A stretch of DNA of 32,000 nt from NCBI GenBank assembly GCA_000217635.1, contig CP001817.1, forward strand, positions 300,001 to 332,000. The letters run 5' to 3'. The number at the start of each line of letters is the position of its first letter. The first letter of the stretch is position 1. Shown one piece after another: positions 10,345 through 20,629 of the stretch. A program made the position numbers and the translations under genes. Source of the DNA: Candidatus Saccharimonadota bacterium. Its GTDB lineage: Bacteria > Pseudomonadota > Gammaproteobacteria > Enterobacterales > Enterobacteriaceae. The notes beneath the pieces are model-generated. The model did not search any database, had not been told where the DNA came from, and saw nothing but the letters and a program-made list of their open reading frames with translations.

Positions 10345-10692
10345 ATGAATAGAATCATTAAAAGTATTGAATCTGAATATATAAAAAAAAATATTACCTC
10401 CTTTTATACTGGTGATTCAATCCAAGTCAAAATATGGGTAATTGAAGGTAAAAAAAAAAGATTACAAACTTTTGAAGGTATAGTTATTGCAAAAAGAAAT
10501 AGATTTTTAAACTCGTCTTTTACTGTTCGAAAAATATCAAATAACGAAGGAGTTGAAAGAGTATTCAAGATACATTCTCCTAATATACATGAAATTAATA
10601 TTATAAAAAAAGGAATAGTCCGAAGAGCAAAATTATACTATCTACGAGATCGTATAGGAAAATCTGCTCGAATTAAAGAACGTTTATATTAA
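10345..10692 (+). CDS. rplS: 50S ribosomal protein L19
   Basis: The 115-aa product has the same length as E. coli L19. Matching blocks are F..GD...VK.WV.EG.KKRLQ.FEG.VIA.RNR...[19 protein letters not shown] and KLYYLR.R.GK.ARIKERL. Confidence 0.96.
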   Translation: MNRIIKSIESEYIKKNITSFYTGDSIQVKIWVIEGKKKRLQTFEGIVIAKRNRFLNSSFTVRKISNNEGVERVFKIHSPNIHEINIIKKGIVRRAKLYYLRDRIGKSARIKERLY

Positions 10693-10748
10693 AAAAACTA
10701 ATAAACTATCTTTATATAAAATTTTCTATAATAAAAATTTATAAATTA

Positions 10749-10778
10749 TGCAGTCAGAACATAAATAATTTGACTGCA
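10749..10778. terminator. Stem-loop between convergent rplS and tldD (terminator-like, no clean U-tract)
   Basis: TGCAGTCA (10749-10756) pairs perfectly with TGACTGCA (10771-10778) across a 14-nt loop. It lies 57 nt after the rplS stop and 13 nt before the tldD stop. It is the only GC-containing element in the spacer. Confidence 0.5.
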
Positions 10779-10790
10779 CAATATAAAAAA

Positions 10791-12245
10791 TTATGATGTC
10801 ACAGTCCCGCCTACCGTTAAAGAATCAACTTTAACTGTTGGTTGTCCTACACATACAGGAATATTTTGTCCTTCTTTACCGCAAAAACCTATTCCATCAT
10901 CCATTTTTAAATTATTTCCAACCATAGAAATTAAATTCATAGTTTTTATACCTGAACCAATTAACGTCACTCCTTTAATAGGATATTTAATTTTTCCATT
11001 TTGAATAATATATGCTTCTGCAGCAGAAAAAACAAAATTTCCTGATGTAATATCCACTTGACCCCCGCTAAAATTTACTGCATAAATTCCATTGTTAACA
11101 CTTTCTATAATATCTTCATGTTTCATTTTTCTCGGCATCAAATAAGTATTTGTCATTCGAGGCATAGGTAAATGAGCGTAAGATTGACGTCGACCGTTTC
11201 CTGTATATCTTGTATTCATTAAATTTGCATTTATTTTATCCTGTAAAAAAGATTTTAAAATTCCATTTTCTATTAAAATATTTTTTTGACTTGGAACACC
11301 TTCATCATCAATATTTATTGATCCTCTTAAATTTTTTAATGTGCCATTATCAACAATAGTACATAGTTCCGATGCAACCTTTTGACCTTTTTTTTTAGTA
11401 AAAAGTGAAGTTTTTTTCCTAATAAAATCACCTTCTAAACCATGACCTACCGCTTCATGAAATAATACTCCAGGCCATCCAGAACCTAAAACAACAGAAA
11501 ACAAACCAGCCGGTGCTGGTTTTGAAAAAAGCGCTACCAAAGCTATCCGAACCGCTTCTTTTGTCCAATATTCTATTCTTAAATCTCCACTAAAATGTTT
11601 TTCAAAAAAATAACTGAATTCAAATCGACCACCACCCCCGCTATAACCTTTCTCTCGTTGACCATTAGATTCTACTACAACAGAAATGGATATATAAATT
11701 AATGGACGAATATCCGCTGATAAATGTGAACAGTCAGTTGATGCAACTAAAATATTTTCATGTTCACAATTTAATACTGCGTTAACATTAACTACTCGAG
11801 GGTCTTGTTTTCTTGCTATATTATCAATCATATGTAATAAATTAATTTTTTTATCTATAGAAACTTTTTCTATAGGATCAACTGATGAGTAATATGAAAT
11901 GTTATCAGAAAAATATGCTTTTTTTAGAACAGTTTTAGGAAATATTGGTAACATATCACATACTATATTAGAAACTTTTTGAATATTATTCAAATTAATA
12001 CAATTAGAATAAGAAAATGCCGTAGAACTATGATTAATTGTACGAATACCAAATCCTTCATCTATACATAATGTACCTTTTTTAATTATTTTATTTTCTA
12101 AAATCCATGATTCACTTTTTTTTAATTGAAAATAAATATCACCAAAATCTATTTTTTTAGATAAAATTTTATCTAAAGTAATCACAATATCTTTTTCATA
12201 AATATTATTCGGATATAATAAAATATTACTTACTAATTTCAACAT
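10791..12245 (-). CDS. tldD: Metalloprotease TldD
   Basis: The 484-aa product is colinear with E. coli TldD. It has the HExxxH site (LFHEAVGHGLEGDF), GGGGRF, NGRR.SYAHLPMPRMTNTY, GGQVDITSG.FVF, and the C-terminus CGKEGQ..PV.VGQPT.KVD.LTVGG. Confidence 0.95.
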   Translation of the reverse strand: MLKLVSNILLYPNNIYEKDIVITLDKILSKKIDFGDIYFQLKKSESWILENKIIKKGTLCIDEGFGIRTINHSSTAFSYSNCINLNNIQKVSNIVCDMLPIFPKTVLKKAYFSDNISYYSSVDPIEKVSIDKKINLLHMIDNIARKQDPRVVNVNAVLNCEHENILVASTDCSHLSADIRPLIYISISVVVESNGQREKGYSGGGGRFEFSYFFEKHFSGDLRIEYWTKEAVRIALVALFSKPAPAGLFSVVLGSGWPGVLFHEAVGHGLEGDFIRKKTSLFTKKKGQKVASELCTIVDNGTLKNLRGSINIDDEGVPSQKNILIENGILKSFLQDKINANLMNTRYTGNGRRQSYAHLPMPRMTNTYLMPRKMKHEDIIESVNNGIYAVNFSGGQVDITSGNFVFSAAEAYIIQNGKIKYPIKGVTLIGSGIKTMNLISMVGNNLKMDDGIGFCGKEGQNIPVCVGQPTVKVDSLTVGGTVTS

Positions 12246-12631
12246 AGATTGATCTCTTAAAAATAATTACTTTATTTTTTAAATGACTATATTATAGATA
12301 ATATTATTGAAATAAAAATAAATACTTTTATAATATTAATTATAATTATTTAAATTCGTTAACTTTTTAATAATTAGCAATATATATAAAAAATATATAA
12401 ATATATAAATAACTACACATTTTTTAAATCTGATGTTAGCATATAAAAAAATAATCATTATAATTATATTAATTAATATTAATAAAATAATACCTTATAT
12501 ATAATATATATATTGATAACTAATTTGTGGTATACAACATTATTTTTTTTAATTTTCATAAAAAAATTAATTAACAACCCTGTATATATATAACATTAAA
12601 TTATATTTTAAAAAAATCATCAGGAAAAAAA

Positions 12632-13078
12632 ATGAAAAAAAGAAATAAAATTCTATTATTAAACGGACCTAATTTAAATCTACTAGGTACACGTGAAACA
12701 AAGATATATGGTAATATTACTTTATCGAAATTAATAGATAATCTAATAAAAATAGCACAAAAAAAAAATATAGATCTTGATCATTTTCAATCTAATGCGG
12801 AACATAAATTAATTGATAAAATTCATCAAAGTAAACAAATGAATATAAAGTATATTTTAATTAATCCAGGTGCATTTGCTCATACCAGTATTGCATTACG
12901 CGATGCATTTTTAGCAGTGAATATCCCATTCTTTGAAATACATATCTCTAATATTTTTTCACGTGAAAAATTTCGTGCACATTCTTGGATTTCAGATATT
13001 TCTACAGGTATTATTTCAGGTTTTGGATTAAACGGATATTTATGGGCATTAAAAACAGTTATTCAACTATTAAAATAA
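12632..13078 (+). CDS. aroQ: 3-dehydroquinate dehydratase, type II
   Basis: The 148-aa product contains [42 protein letters not shown] and [13 protein letters not shown], which are classical type II DHQase motifs. Confidence 0.93.
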   Translation: MKKRNKILLLNGPNLNLLGTRETKIYGNITLSKLIDNLIKIAQKKNIDLDHFQSNAEHKLIDKIHQSKQMNIKYILINPGAFAHTSIALRDAFLAVNIPFFEIHISNIFSREKFRAHSWISDISTGIISGFGLNGYLWALKTVIQLLK

Positions 13079-13583
13079 AAAATTAGCTCTAATAAAATTT
13101 TAAAAAATATAAAAATATAATTTACTAAATTTTTTTATAATCAAAATATTTTTTACATTATTTTATAATACAATATCTTTGTAAATATTTTTAAAATTTT
13201 AGAGGTATTTATATTAATCAACATCTAAAATTAATTAATCATATATACTAAAAATTTTTCCATAACACATAAAATATTTTCAAAAATAAATATCTAAAAT
13301 GATTGTATCATATTTAAAATAATAACTAATTATTTTTAAAAATTATATTTTATTATAATATTATTCATTTTATTTTATATAACTTTGTATAATTTAATTA
13401 TACCGTTATTTAATAAAAATTATTGATTTATTAATCTTCTCTTAAAATTTTTTTTAATTATAAAAATTTTATATTTTTATCATGTTTAATATTAAAAATT
13501 AAAAATTTATTTAAAATACTATCAAAAATTATTAATTATTATAAAAAAATCATTTAAAAATTTATAAGAATATTTATAAAACA

Positions 13584-14549
13584 TTAAATAAATCCAAAAT
13601 TATATAAATGATTTAAAAATATAACTAAATCATTAGGAGGAGAAACCTCCCAGGTCTGAAAAATATTATTCGACGGATTTTGAAAACATAATCGACTTGC
13701 ATGCAACGCAGGTCTTGAGAAATATTTAATAATATTAGATAACTGAATTGAATATCCATTAATATTCGATTGTATTCCATTAGAATATAATTTATCACCT
13801 ACAATCGGATGTAATATTGATGATAAATGTACTCTAATTTGATGAGTTCTACCGGTTTTTAATCTAATTCTTAAATGAGTATGATGACGAAAAATAGCAA
13901 TAACTTTATAATATGTCATAGAATTTTTACCGCCACTACCAGTCATCATTTTTGTTCGACAATGTTTATGTCTTTTAATAGGTAAATCAATTACTCCATC
14001 ATGTTTTATTTGACCAATTACAATTACATCATAATCTTTTACTACTTTTCTAAGTCGTAATAAATTAGTTAAATAATCATATGCAAATAAAGTTTTTGCT
14101 ATGATAAGTAAACCGGTAGTATAACGATCTAATCTATGAACAATACCAGCTCTTGGTAATATTTTATTTTTTTCATAATGATATAAAATTCCATTCAATA
14201 ATGTGCCAGATATATGTCCAGGACCAGGATGAATCACAAGATTTTCCTGCTTATTAATAATAAGAAAAAGAGGGTCTTCATAAATTATATTTAAATAAAT
14301 ATTTTCTTTTTTAAATTTTATAAATTCCATATCTAATGAAAAAAAAACAAAAATAAGATCATTATGATATATTTTTTTTTTAGGAATCAATGTAACAACA
14401 TAATTTACAATCACTTTTCCATATAAAATTAATTTTTTTATATATGAACGAGAATATTTTTTCATTAATACTACTAAAATACAATCTAACCGAGAAAATT
14501 TTTTTTTTAAATTAGATACTAAAAAAGTCAATTGATTTGTGTTATTCAT
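13584..14549 (-). CDS. rluD: 23S rRNA pseudouridine synthase RluD
   Basis: The 321-aa product has an N-terminal S4-like region. It also has IIYED...IINK....VHPG.G...GTLLNG.L, the catalytic HRLDRYTTGL, and GRTHQIRVH......P.VGD..Y. It is colinear with E. coli RluD. Confidence 0.93.
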   Translation of the reverse strand: MNNTNQLTFLVSNLKKKFSRLDCILVVLMKKYSRSYIKKLILYGKVIVNYVVTLIPKKKIYHNDLIFVFFSLDMEFIKFKKENIYLNIIYEDPLFLIINKQENLVIHPGPGHISGTLLNGILYHYEKNKILPRAGIVHRLDRYTTGLLIIAKTLFAYDYLTNLLRLRKVVKDYDVIVIGQIKHDGVIDLPIKRHKHCRTKMMTGSGGKNSMTYYKVIAIFRHHTHLRIRLKTGRTHQIRVHLSSILHPIVGDKLYSNGIQSNINGYSIQLSNIIKYFSRPALHASRLCFQNPSNNIFQTWEVSPPNDLVIFLNHLYNFGFI

Positions 14550-14745
14550 ATGTATTCATTTTTATTAAAATTTAATATTTACAGAAAAAAACAATATTTC
14601 TATTATAGTAAATTAATAAAAGAAAAAAATAATTTTATATAAAAAATATACATTATAAAACCGATATTTAATAAAACTCTGTTTATATATATCTATATAA
14701 ACAATAATTTTACTATGCTATATATTAATTAAGGTTTACATAGTT

Positions 14746-17388
14746 ATGATAATTAATAAAATACGACTGATGTTTTTAGATTTTTTTCAAAAAAAAAATC
14801 ATATACTAATTAAAGGAAGTTCACTAATACCAGAAAACGATAGCACATTACTATTTACTAATGCAGGTATGAATCAATTTAAAGATATATTTTTAGGTAC
14901 AGTAATTCCTAAAAAAAAATCATTAATTAGTTCTCAATACTGTATTCGTACCGGAGGAAAGCATAATGATTTTAAAAAAGTCGGATATACAAATTATCAT
15001 CACACATTGTTTGAAATGCTTGGAAATTTTAGTTTTGGAGAATATTTTAAAAAAGAAGCTATTTCATACGCATGGGAATTTTTAACTTCTAAAGAGTGGA
15101 TGAATATTCCAAAAGAAAAATTATGGGTTACATATTATTATAAAGATCAAGAAACCTTTTACATCTGGTCTAAAATTATTAATAATAATCATATTATCCC
15201 TATTCATGATAAAAATAATATTAAATATCATTCTGATAATTTTTGGAAAATGGGAAAAATCGGATTATGCGGACCTTGTACAGAAATTTTTTACGATCAA
15301 GGTAATAACATTATAGGCAATTTACCCGGATCTACTAAAAAAATCGGAGAACGTTATATTGAAATTTGGAATATTGTATTTATGCAATTTAACCAAATTA
15401 AACCAAATCAATTAATAAAAATTCCAGTTCCATCAGTAGATACAGGAATGGGATTAGAACGTCTTACAGCAATATTAGAAAATTCCCAATCTAGCTATAA
15501 TATCTATAGTTTTAGAAAATTAATAAATAAAATCAAAAAAAAATTATTAATTCACGACTCAGAATTTAATAAAATTTCTCTGCGTATTATTGCTGACCAT
15601 TTAAGAACTGCTTCCTGTTTAATTTCTGAAAATATTTTTCCAGGAAACGAGGGTAGAAATTATATTTTAAGAAAAATTATACGTAGAGCATTAAGTCATG
15701 GTTATCTATTAGGTATCCGAATTCCATTTTTATACAAATTATCAAAAATTATTAATAATATTTATGCCGGAATATCTAATTTTTTTAAAATTTTTAATAA
15801 TATTGATAAAATCCAAAACACTTTATATACAGAAGAAAAACAATTTTATTTAATACTTAAAAAAAGTATGGACATACTATTAAGAGAAATAAAAAATACA
15901 AAAAATAAAAAAATAAGTTCTAAAAAAATATTCTACTTATATGATACATATGGATTACCTATAGAGATTTCTCAAGATATTTGTAAAAAAAATAATATTT
16001 TTATAAATTCTATTACATTAAAAAATATAATTAAAGAAAATAAAGAGAAACAAAATAAAAAAAAAATAAAAAAAGATCAATTAATCTATACTAATCTTAT
16101 GTGTATTTCTAAAAAATCAATTTTTTATGGATATGACAGACACAAAACATACTCAAAAATTATTCAGATCATTAATAAAAATCAATCCATTAAATTAATA
16201 AAAAAAGAACAAGAATGTATAATTATATTAGATATAACACCATTTTATAGCGAATCAGGAGGACAGATAGGTGACTCAGGAATAATTAATAAAAAAACAG
16301 CATGTTTTATTGTTAAAAATACAAAAAAATATGGAAGTTATATCGGACACATCGGCACCGTACAATACGGAACATTTTGTATTAATGATAATGTAATATC
16401 AGAAATTGATAGAAAAAAAAGATATGCAATTCAATCAAACCATACCGCAACACATTTATTACATTCCGCATTAAATAAAATATTAGGAAAAAATATTCAA
16501 CAAAGGGGCTCTCTAATTAATGAACAACAATTACGATTTGACTTTTCATATATTGGTGAAATTAATAAAAAAGAAATAAACTTAATTGAACAATTAATAA
16601 ACAAAAAAATTCAAGAAAACTTACCTATTACCCCTATAATTACATCAATAAAAAAAGCAAAAAAATATCATGCTATCGCGCAATTTACTAAAAAATATAA
16701 AAATACTATACGAATGATTCAAATTGATAATTTTTCCTTAGAGTTATGCGGAGGAACCCATCATTTTTTTACTGGTAATATTGGATACTTTAAAATTTTA
16801 AATATTAACAATACCGGACATGATATTAAACGTATCATAGCTGTTACCGGACATAAAGCTGTTCTTTATATACAAAAAAAAGAAAAAAAAGAAAAAAAAA
16901 TACAAGATATTGTAAATATTGATTATAACAACCTATACAAAAAAATAAAAAAAATTATTAATGACTTTAATAAAATTAAACAAGAAAATAAAATTTTACA
17001 AAACAATGAAATAATGAATATTTCTAAAAAAATAATTTCTAACGCCTATTTACTAAAAGAAATCTATCTTATCACATATTCTGTATCGTATCGATATAAA
17101 AATATATTACAGAAACTTTCAAAAATTATAAATAAAAAACTAAAATCAGTTATTATTATATTAATTAACAATTATAATTCAAGCATTATTTTTAATATTA
17201 GTGTGACACAAAACATAGCAAATAAATTAAGCGCATTAAAAATAATGGAAAATATTTTTCTAGAAAATCAAGGAATAGGAGGGGGGAATAAAAATATTGC
17301 AAAAGGCAAATTAACAAATACAAAAAACATAGTAAAAAATTTAGAAAAAATAAAATTATGGATTATTAAAACATTATCTAAAAAATAA
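14746..17388 (+). CDS. alaS: Alanine--tRNA ligase
   Basis: The 880-aa product (E. coli is 876 aa) contains FTNAGMNQFKD, R.GGKHND...VGYT..HHT.FEMLGNFSFG.YFK, DNFW.MG..G.CGPCTEI.YD, RYIEIWN.VFMQFN and VDTGMGLERL. The editing domain has HTATHLLH and CGGTH. Confidence 0.97.
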   Translation: MIINKIRLMFLDFFQKKNHILIKGSSLIPENDSTLLFTNAGMNQFKDIFLGTVIPKKKSLISSQYCIRTGGKHNDFKKVGYTNYHHTLFEMLGNFSFGEYFKKEAISYAWEFLTSKEWMNIPKEKLWVTYYYKDQETFYIWSKIINNNHIIPIHDKNNIKYHSDNFWKMGKIGLCGPCTEIFYDQGNNIIGNLPGSTKKIGERYIEIWNIVFMQFNQIKPNQLIKIPVPSVDTGMGLERLTAILENSQSSYNIYSFRKLINKIKKKLLIHDSEFNKISLRIIADHLRTASCLISENIFPGNEGRNYILRKIIRRALSHGYLLGIRIPFLYKLSKIINNIYAGISNFFKIFNNIDKIQNTLYTEEKQFYLILKKSMDILLREIKNTKNKKISSKKIFYLYDTYGLPIEISQDICKKNNIFINSITLKNIIKENKEKQNKKKIKKDQLIYTNLMCISKKSIFYGYDRHKTYSKIIQIINKNQSIKLIKKEQECIIILDITPFYSESGGQIGDSGIINKKTACFIVKNTKKYGSYIGHIGTVQYGTFCINDNVISEIDRKKRYAIQSNHTATHLLHSALNKILGKNIQQRGSLINEQQLRFDFSYIGEINKKEINLIEQLINKKIQENLPITPIITSIKKAKKYHAIAQFTKKYKNTIRMIQIDNFSLELCGGTHHFFTGNIGYFKILNINNTGHDIKRIIAVTGHKAVLYIQKKEKKEKKIQDIVNIDYNNLYKKIKKIINDFNKIKQENKILQNNEIMNISKKIISNAYLLKEIYLITYSVSYRYKNILQKLSKIINKKLKSVIIILINNYNSSIIFNISVTQNIANKLSALKIMENIFLENQGIGGGNKNIAKGKLTNTKNIVKNLEKIKLWIIKTLSKK

Positions 17389-17527
17389 TTTTATATCAAT
17401 AAAATATATTATAATTAATATCATCACAATAATAATTAATATTTTTTCCAAAATACTATTCGATTTATGTTAAATTTAAATAATATAAAAATATAAGAAT
17501 TATTTTTTTGTAAAAAGGGAATAAAAA

Positions 17528-17710
17528 ATGCTTATTTTAACTCGTCGAATTGGCGAAACATTAATTATCGGCGATGAAATAACTGTAACAGTTTTAGGAA
17601 TAAAAGGAAATCAGGTTCGTATTGGGATTAATGCACCAAAAAAAATTTCTGTTCATCGTGAAGAAATTTATAAACGTATTCAGACCGAAAAAAATAAAAT
17701 ATCTATATAA
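17528..17710 (+). CDS. csrA: Carbon storage regulator CsrA
   Basis: [55 protein letters not shown] is near-identical to E. coli CsrA. It lies downstream of alaS, as in E. coli. Confidence 0.97.
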   Translation: MLILTRRIGETLIIGDEITVTVLGIKGNQVRIGINAPKKISVHREEIYKRIQTEKNKISI

Positions 17711-17728
17711 AAATATTACTATAAAAAA

Positions 17729-17761
17729 TTACTGCATTTAATTACATTAAAAATGCAGTAA
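17729..17761 (+). terminator. Stem-loop 3' of csrA (terminator-like, no U-tract)
   Basis: TTACTGCATTT (17729-17739) pairs perfectly with AAATGCAGTAA (17751-17761) across an 11-nt loop. It starts 19 nt after the csrA stop. Confidence 0.5.
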
Positions 17762-17871
17762 GAAAAATAAATATTATAAAAAAATAATATGATAAATATT
17801 TATAAAAAATCAATATAACTTTAATTCAATAGTAATTGAATTATTTTTTTTTAAAAAATATAAAAAAATAT

Positions 17872-17899
17872 TTGACTTATATACTAAACAAAGTAATAT
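17872..17899 (+). promoter_or_regulatory. Candidate sigma70 promoter for the tRNA-Ser/tRNA-Arg pair
   Basis: TTGACT (17872-17877), a 16-nt spacer, then TAATAT (17894-17899), about 65 nt upstream of tRNA-Ser. A near-consensus -35 hexamer is uncommon here, but -10-like hexamers are everywhere in this composition. Confidence 0.35.
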
Positions 17900-17964
17900 A
17901 GTGTACAAGAAAAAAAGGAAAAAAATAGAATTATAAAAAAATATATACAAATTATAAAATTTTA

Positions 17965-18051
17965 GGTGAGATGGCCGAGCGGCTTAAGGCGCTCCCCTGC
18001 TAAGGAAGTATGCACTAAAATGCATCGAGGGTTCGAATCCCTCTCTCACCG
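17965..18051 (+). tRNA. tRNA-Ser (anticodon GCU), long variable arm, no encoded CCA
   Basis: Acceptor GGTGAGA/TCTCACC plus discriminator G. The anticodon loop is CTGCTAA, the T arm is GAGGG-TTCGAAT-CCCTC, and the variable arm has a stem. It is near-identical to E. coli serV and holds the same position after csrA. Confidence 0.95.
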
Positions 18052-18116
18052 ATTTTATAAAGAATTATAAAATTATTTTTTATTACTAATATAATAGTTT
18101 TTAAATGTTTTGAAAA

Positions 18117-18190
18117 GCATCCGTAGCTCAGTCGGATAGAGCACTCGGCTACGAACCGAGAGGTCGTAGGTTCAACTCCTTCCGGATGCA
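18117..18190 (+). tRNA. tRNA-Arg (anticodon ACG), no encoded CCA
   Basis: Acceptor GCATCCG/CGGATGC plus A. The anticodon stem-loop is CTCGG-CTACGAA-CCGAG. It is close to E. coli argV and follows tRNA-Ser, as in the serV-argV cluster. Confidence 0.95.
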
Positions 18191-18291
18191 AAAACTTTAC
18201 TGAATATATATTAAAAAAAATTAAAAAAAACAAATAAAAATATTTAAATAAAACAGTATAGATAAATTAATCTGAAGAAAAAGTAAAGATT

Positions 18292-19053
18292 ATGAAAAAT
18301 AAAAAATTAAATAATACAATGTTTTTTCCAAGAATATATTGTAAAAATATTTTAGAAGCTAAAAAAATCATTATTTTAGATAAAAAAAAAAAATATCTTA
18401 TAAAAGTTTTAAGAATAAAAATTGGAGATATAATAATTATATTTAATAATACTAATTATATTTATTATGCAAAAATTTTAAATATTCAAACAAAAAAAAT
18501 AATTGTAAATATAATAAAAAAACAAGAGGAAAATAACGAATCACCCATCAAAATACATCTTATACAAATAATTTCTAAAAAAACAAAAATGAATTTTACT
18601 ATAGAAAAATCTGTAGAGTTAGGAGTAAGCAGTATTACACCAATTATTTCTTCTTATTCTAAAAAAAATTATTTATATAAAAATATAGAAAAGAAAATAA
18701 ATTACTGGAATAACATTATTATTGCAGCCTGTTCGCAATCACAAAGAAATATTATCCCTATCTTATGTCAGCCAAAAAAACTAAACGAATGGAATAAAAC
18801 TGTTCCTCATTCCGAAATAAAAATTTATTTTCATAAACATACGCATAATAAAATTAATATCATCCAAAATAGAAATATAAAAGATATATACTTAATAATC
18901 GGATCAGAAAAAGGATTTTCAAAAAATGAAATGGAATATATGGATAAAAAGAACTTTTTACCTGTATCACTAGGACCTAGAGTATTACGAACTGAAACAG
19001 CAGCTATTGCAGCTATTACAAGTATACAAATATTATTTGGAGACATGTTATAA
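18292..19053 (+). CDS. rsmE: 16S rRNA m3U1498 methyltransferase RsmE (YggJ)
   Basis: PRIY......I.L........VLR...GD, ESP.KIHL.Q..SK..KM.F.IEKS.ELGV..ITP and IGSEKGFS..E......GPRVLRTETAAIAAIT..Q..FGD are colinear with E. coli RsmE. The internal ATG at 18319 (MFFPRIY) matches the E. coli N-terminus better, so the true start may be 18319. Confidence 0.9.
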   Translation: MKNKKLNNTMFFPRIYCKNILEAKKIIILDKKKKYLIKVLRIKIGDIIIIFNNTNYIYYAKILNIQTKKIIVNIIKKQEENNESPIKIHLIQIISKKTKMNFTIEKSVELGVSSITPIISSYSKKNYLYKNIEKKINYWNNIIIAACSQSQRNIIPILCQPKKLNEWNKTVPHSEIKIYFHKHTHNKINIIQNRNIKDIYLIIGSEKGFSKNEMEYMDKKNFLPVSLGPRVLRTETAAIAAITSIQILFGDML

Positions 19054-19090
19054 AGTTAATATAGGTGTTTTATTCAAAAAAATAACAATA

Positions 19091-19384
19091 TTACTCAATA
19101 ATATCTTTTAAAATATGATTTAAAGAACATATTTTTTTATCTATTATACGTAAATTATTTAAATTATTTTTTTTCTCTATTATTAATTCATTACAAATAT
19201 TTAAAGCTGTAATAAAAATTAGATTTTCTATATTAGAAACCCCTGTCGTTTCTTTTAACTCCTGTAAGCGATTATTTAAATTATTAGCGGCGGATAATAA
19301 TTCAGAAGAATATTTTTTTGGACAGTTGACTTTTATAACGCGACCAAATATTTCTACATCTATTATTTTTATTGACATATTCAT
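19091..19384 (-). CDS. zapA: Cell division protein ZapA
   Basis: The 97-aa product has I.IFGR...VNCP......L..AA..LN.RLQELKE.TGV.N.E.L.FI.ALNI..EL, colinear with E. coli ZapA ([60 protein letters not shown]). Confidence 0.88.
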   Translation of the reverse strand: MNMSIKIIDVEIFGRVIKVNCPKKYSSELLSAANNLNNRLQELKETTGVSNIENLIFITALNICNELIIEKKNNLNNLRIIDKKICSLNHILKDIIE

Positions 19385-19438
19385 TCCTTATCAATATTTT
19401 TTACCTAAATTTAAAATATTTTTTAAATATACTACTAC

Positions 19439-20101
19439 TTATATAATTTTTCTTACTCCATTTATATCGCTAATTAAAAGAATATTAGCTTTACGTATAG
19501 CAAATATACCAACACATACAACACCAGGTATATTATTAACATATTTTTCTAAAGAAACTGGTTGATTTATTGTTAAATTATATACATCGATAATACAATT
19601 GCCGTTATCGGTAATAAAATGATTTCGATATTTTGATATTCCTCCTATTTTTTTTATTTCGTTAATAACAAATTTTAAAGCCATAGGGATTACTTCAATA
19701 GGTAATGGAAAAGAAACACCCAACGTTTTAACAAATTTTGACTCATCAATAATACATAAAAATTTTTTTGAAGCTGTAGAAATAATTTTTTCGCGAGTTA
19801 AAGCTCCTCCGCCACCTTTAATCATTTCCATATGAAAATTAACTTCATCTGCACTATCTATATAAATATCAATACACGAATTAAGATCATTTAGTTCAAT
19901 AATTGGTATATTTAATTCACGTAAATAATTATATGATATTGTAGAGCTAGCTACAGCCCCTATAATAAAAGAACGGATCGATGATAACTCTTTGATAAAA
20001 TACTTCATTGTAGATCCGGAACCAATACCAATAACTGAATTTTTTGAAATATATTCTATAGCAGATAAGGCGACTTTTTTTTTAAAATATCTAACATTCA
20101 T
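19439..20101 (-). CDS. rpiA: Ribose-5-phosphate isomerase A
   Basis: The 220-aa product contains GIGSGST, D.ADE.N.HM.MIKGGGGALTREKII, FPLPIEVIPMA, TDNGN.I.DV and IPGVV.VG.FA, colinear with E. coli RpiA. Confidence 0.95.
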   Translation of the reverse strand: MNVRYFKKKVALSAIEYISKNSVIGIGSGSTMKYFIKELSSIRSFIIGAVASSTISYNYLRELNIPIIELNDLNSCIDIYIDSADEVNFHMEMIKGGGGALTREKIISTASKKFLCIIDESKFVKTLGVSFPLPIEVIPMALKFVINEIKKIGGISKYRNHFITDNGNCIIDVYNLTINQPVSLEKYVNNIPGVVCVGIFAIRKANILLISDINGVRKII

Positions 20102-20347
20102 ACTCCTAAATATTTTTATTTTTAATAATAATTAATATCCAAAAAAATAATAAAAAATATTTTAAAAAATTATTTTATAATTTTTATTTTTATATTGATT
20201 TTATTAATAAACAATATTATTTTACATGTAATATAAGTAATTATATCAAATATAAACTGTATATATCAATATAAAAAATATTTTTAAAATCTTTAGGAAA
20301 AATAATTCCAAAATAAAGAGAAGGGAAATTAAAAAAATAATTAGAAT

Positions 20348-20419
20348 CTGGGGTACCTGGATTCGAACCAGGGATGTCGGTATCAAAAACCGATGCCTTA
20401 ACCTCTTGGCTATACCCCA
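20348..20419 (-). tRNA. tRNA-Gln (anticodon UUG), no encoded CCA
   Basis: The reverse complement is TGGGGTATAGCCAAGAGGTTAAGGCATCGGTTTTTGATACCGACATCCCTGGTTCGAATCCAGGTACCCCAG. The anticodon loop is TTTTGAT. It is near-identical to E. coli glnU/glnW. Confidence 0.95.
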
Positions 20420-20473
20420 AAAAATATATTATTATATATATAGTGATATTTATATATCTCAATAATTTTATTA

Positions 20474-20555
20474 TGCGGAAAGCGAGATTTGAACTCGCAA
20501 GCCTTGCGGCGCCAGAACCTAAATCTGGTGCGTCTACCATTTTCGCCACTTCCGC
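20474..20555 (-). tRNA. tRNA-Leu (anticodon UAG), no encoded CCA
   Basis: The reverse complement is GCGGAAGTGGCGAAAATGGTAGACGCACCAGATTTAGGTTCTGGCGCCGCAAGGCTTGCGAGTTCAAATCTCGCTTTCCGCA. The anticodon loop is TTTAGGT. It is close to E. coli leuW. Confidence 0.95.
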
Positions 20556-20629
20556 ACGATTAATATATTTAATATAAATATCAATATCAATATACATATA
20601 CATATGGTATAAACATATAAATATTTATT

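Noticed and set aside
18015-18233. A 72-aa minus-strand ORF
   Set aside because: It is composed of the antisense of tRNA-Ser and tRNA-Arg, so it is an artefact of the GC-richer tRNA sequence.
19054-19090. 6S RNA (ssrS), which follows zapA in E. coli
   Set aside because: Only 37 nt separate zapA from the convergent rsmE. No 6S-like extended hairpin or GC-rich closing stems are visible.
18831-19565. Track ORFs 18831..19046 (-) and 19326..19565 (+)
   Set aside because: They are antisense to rsmE and to zapA/rpiA respectively. They show no conserved motifs.
20241-20603. Track ORFs 20241..20603 (-) and 20374..20577 (+)
   Set aside because: Both are read through the tRNA-Gln/Leu cluster. The region is fully explained by the tRNA genes.
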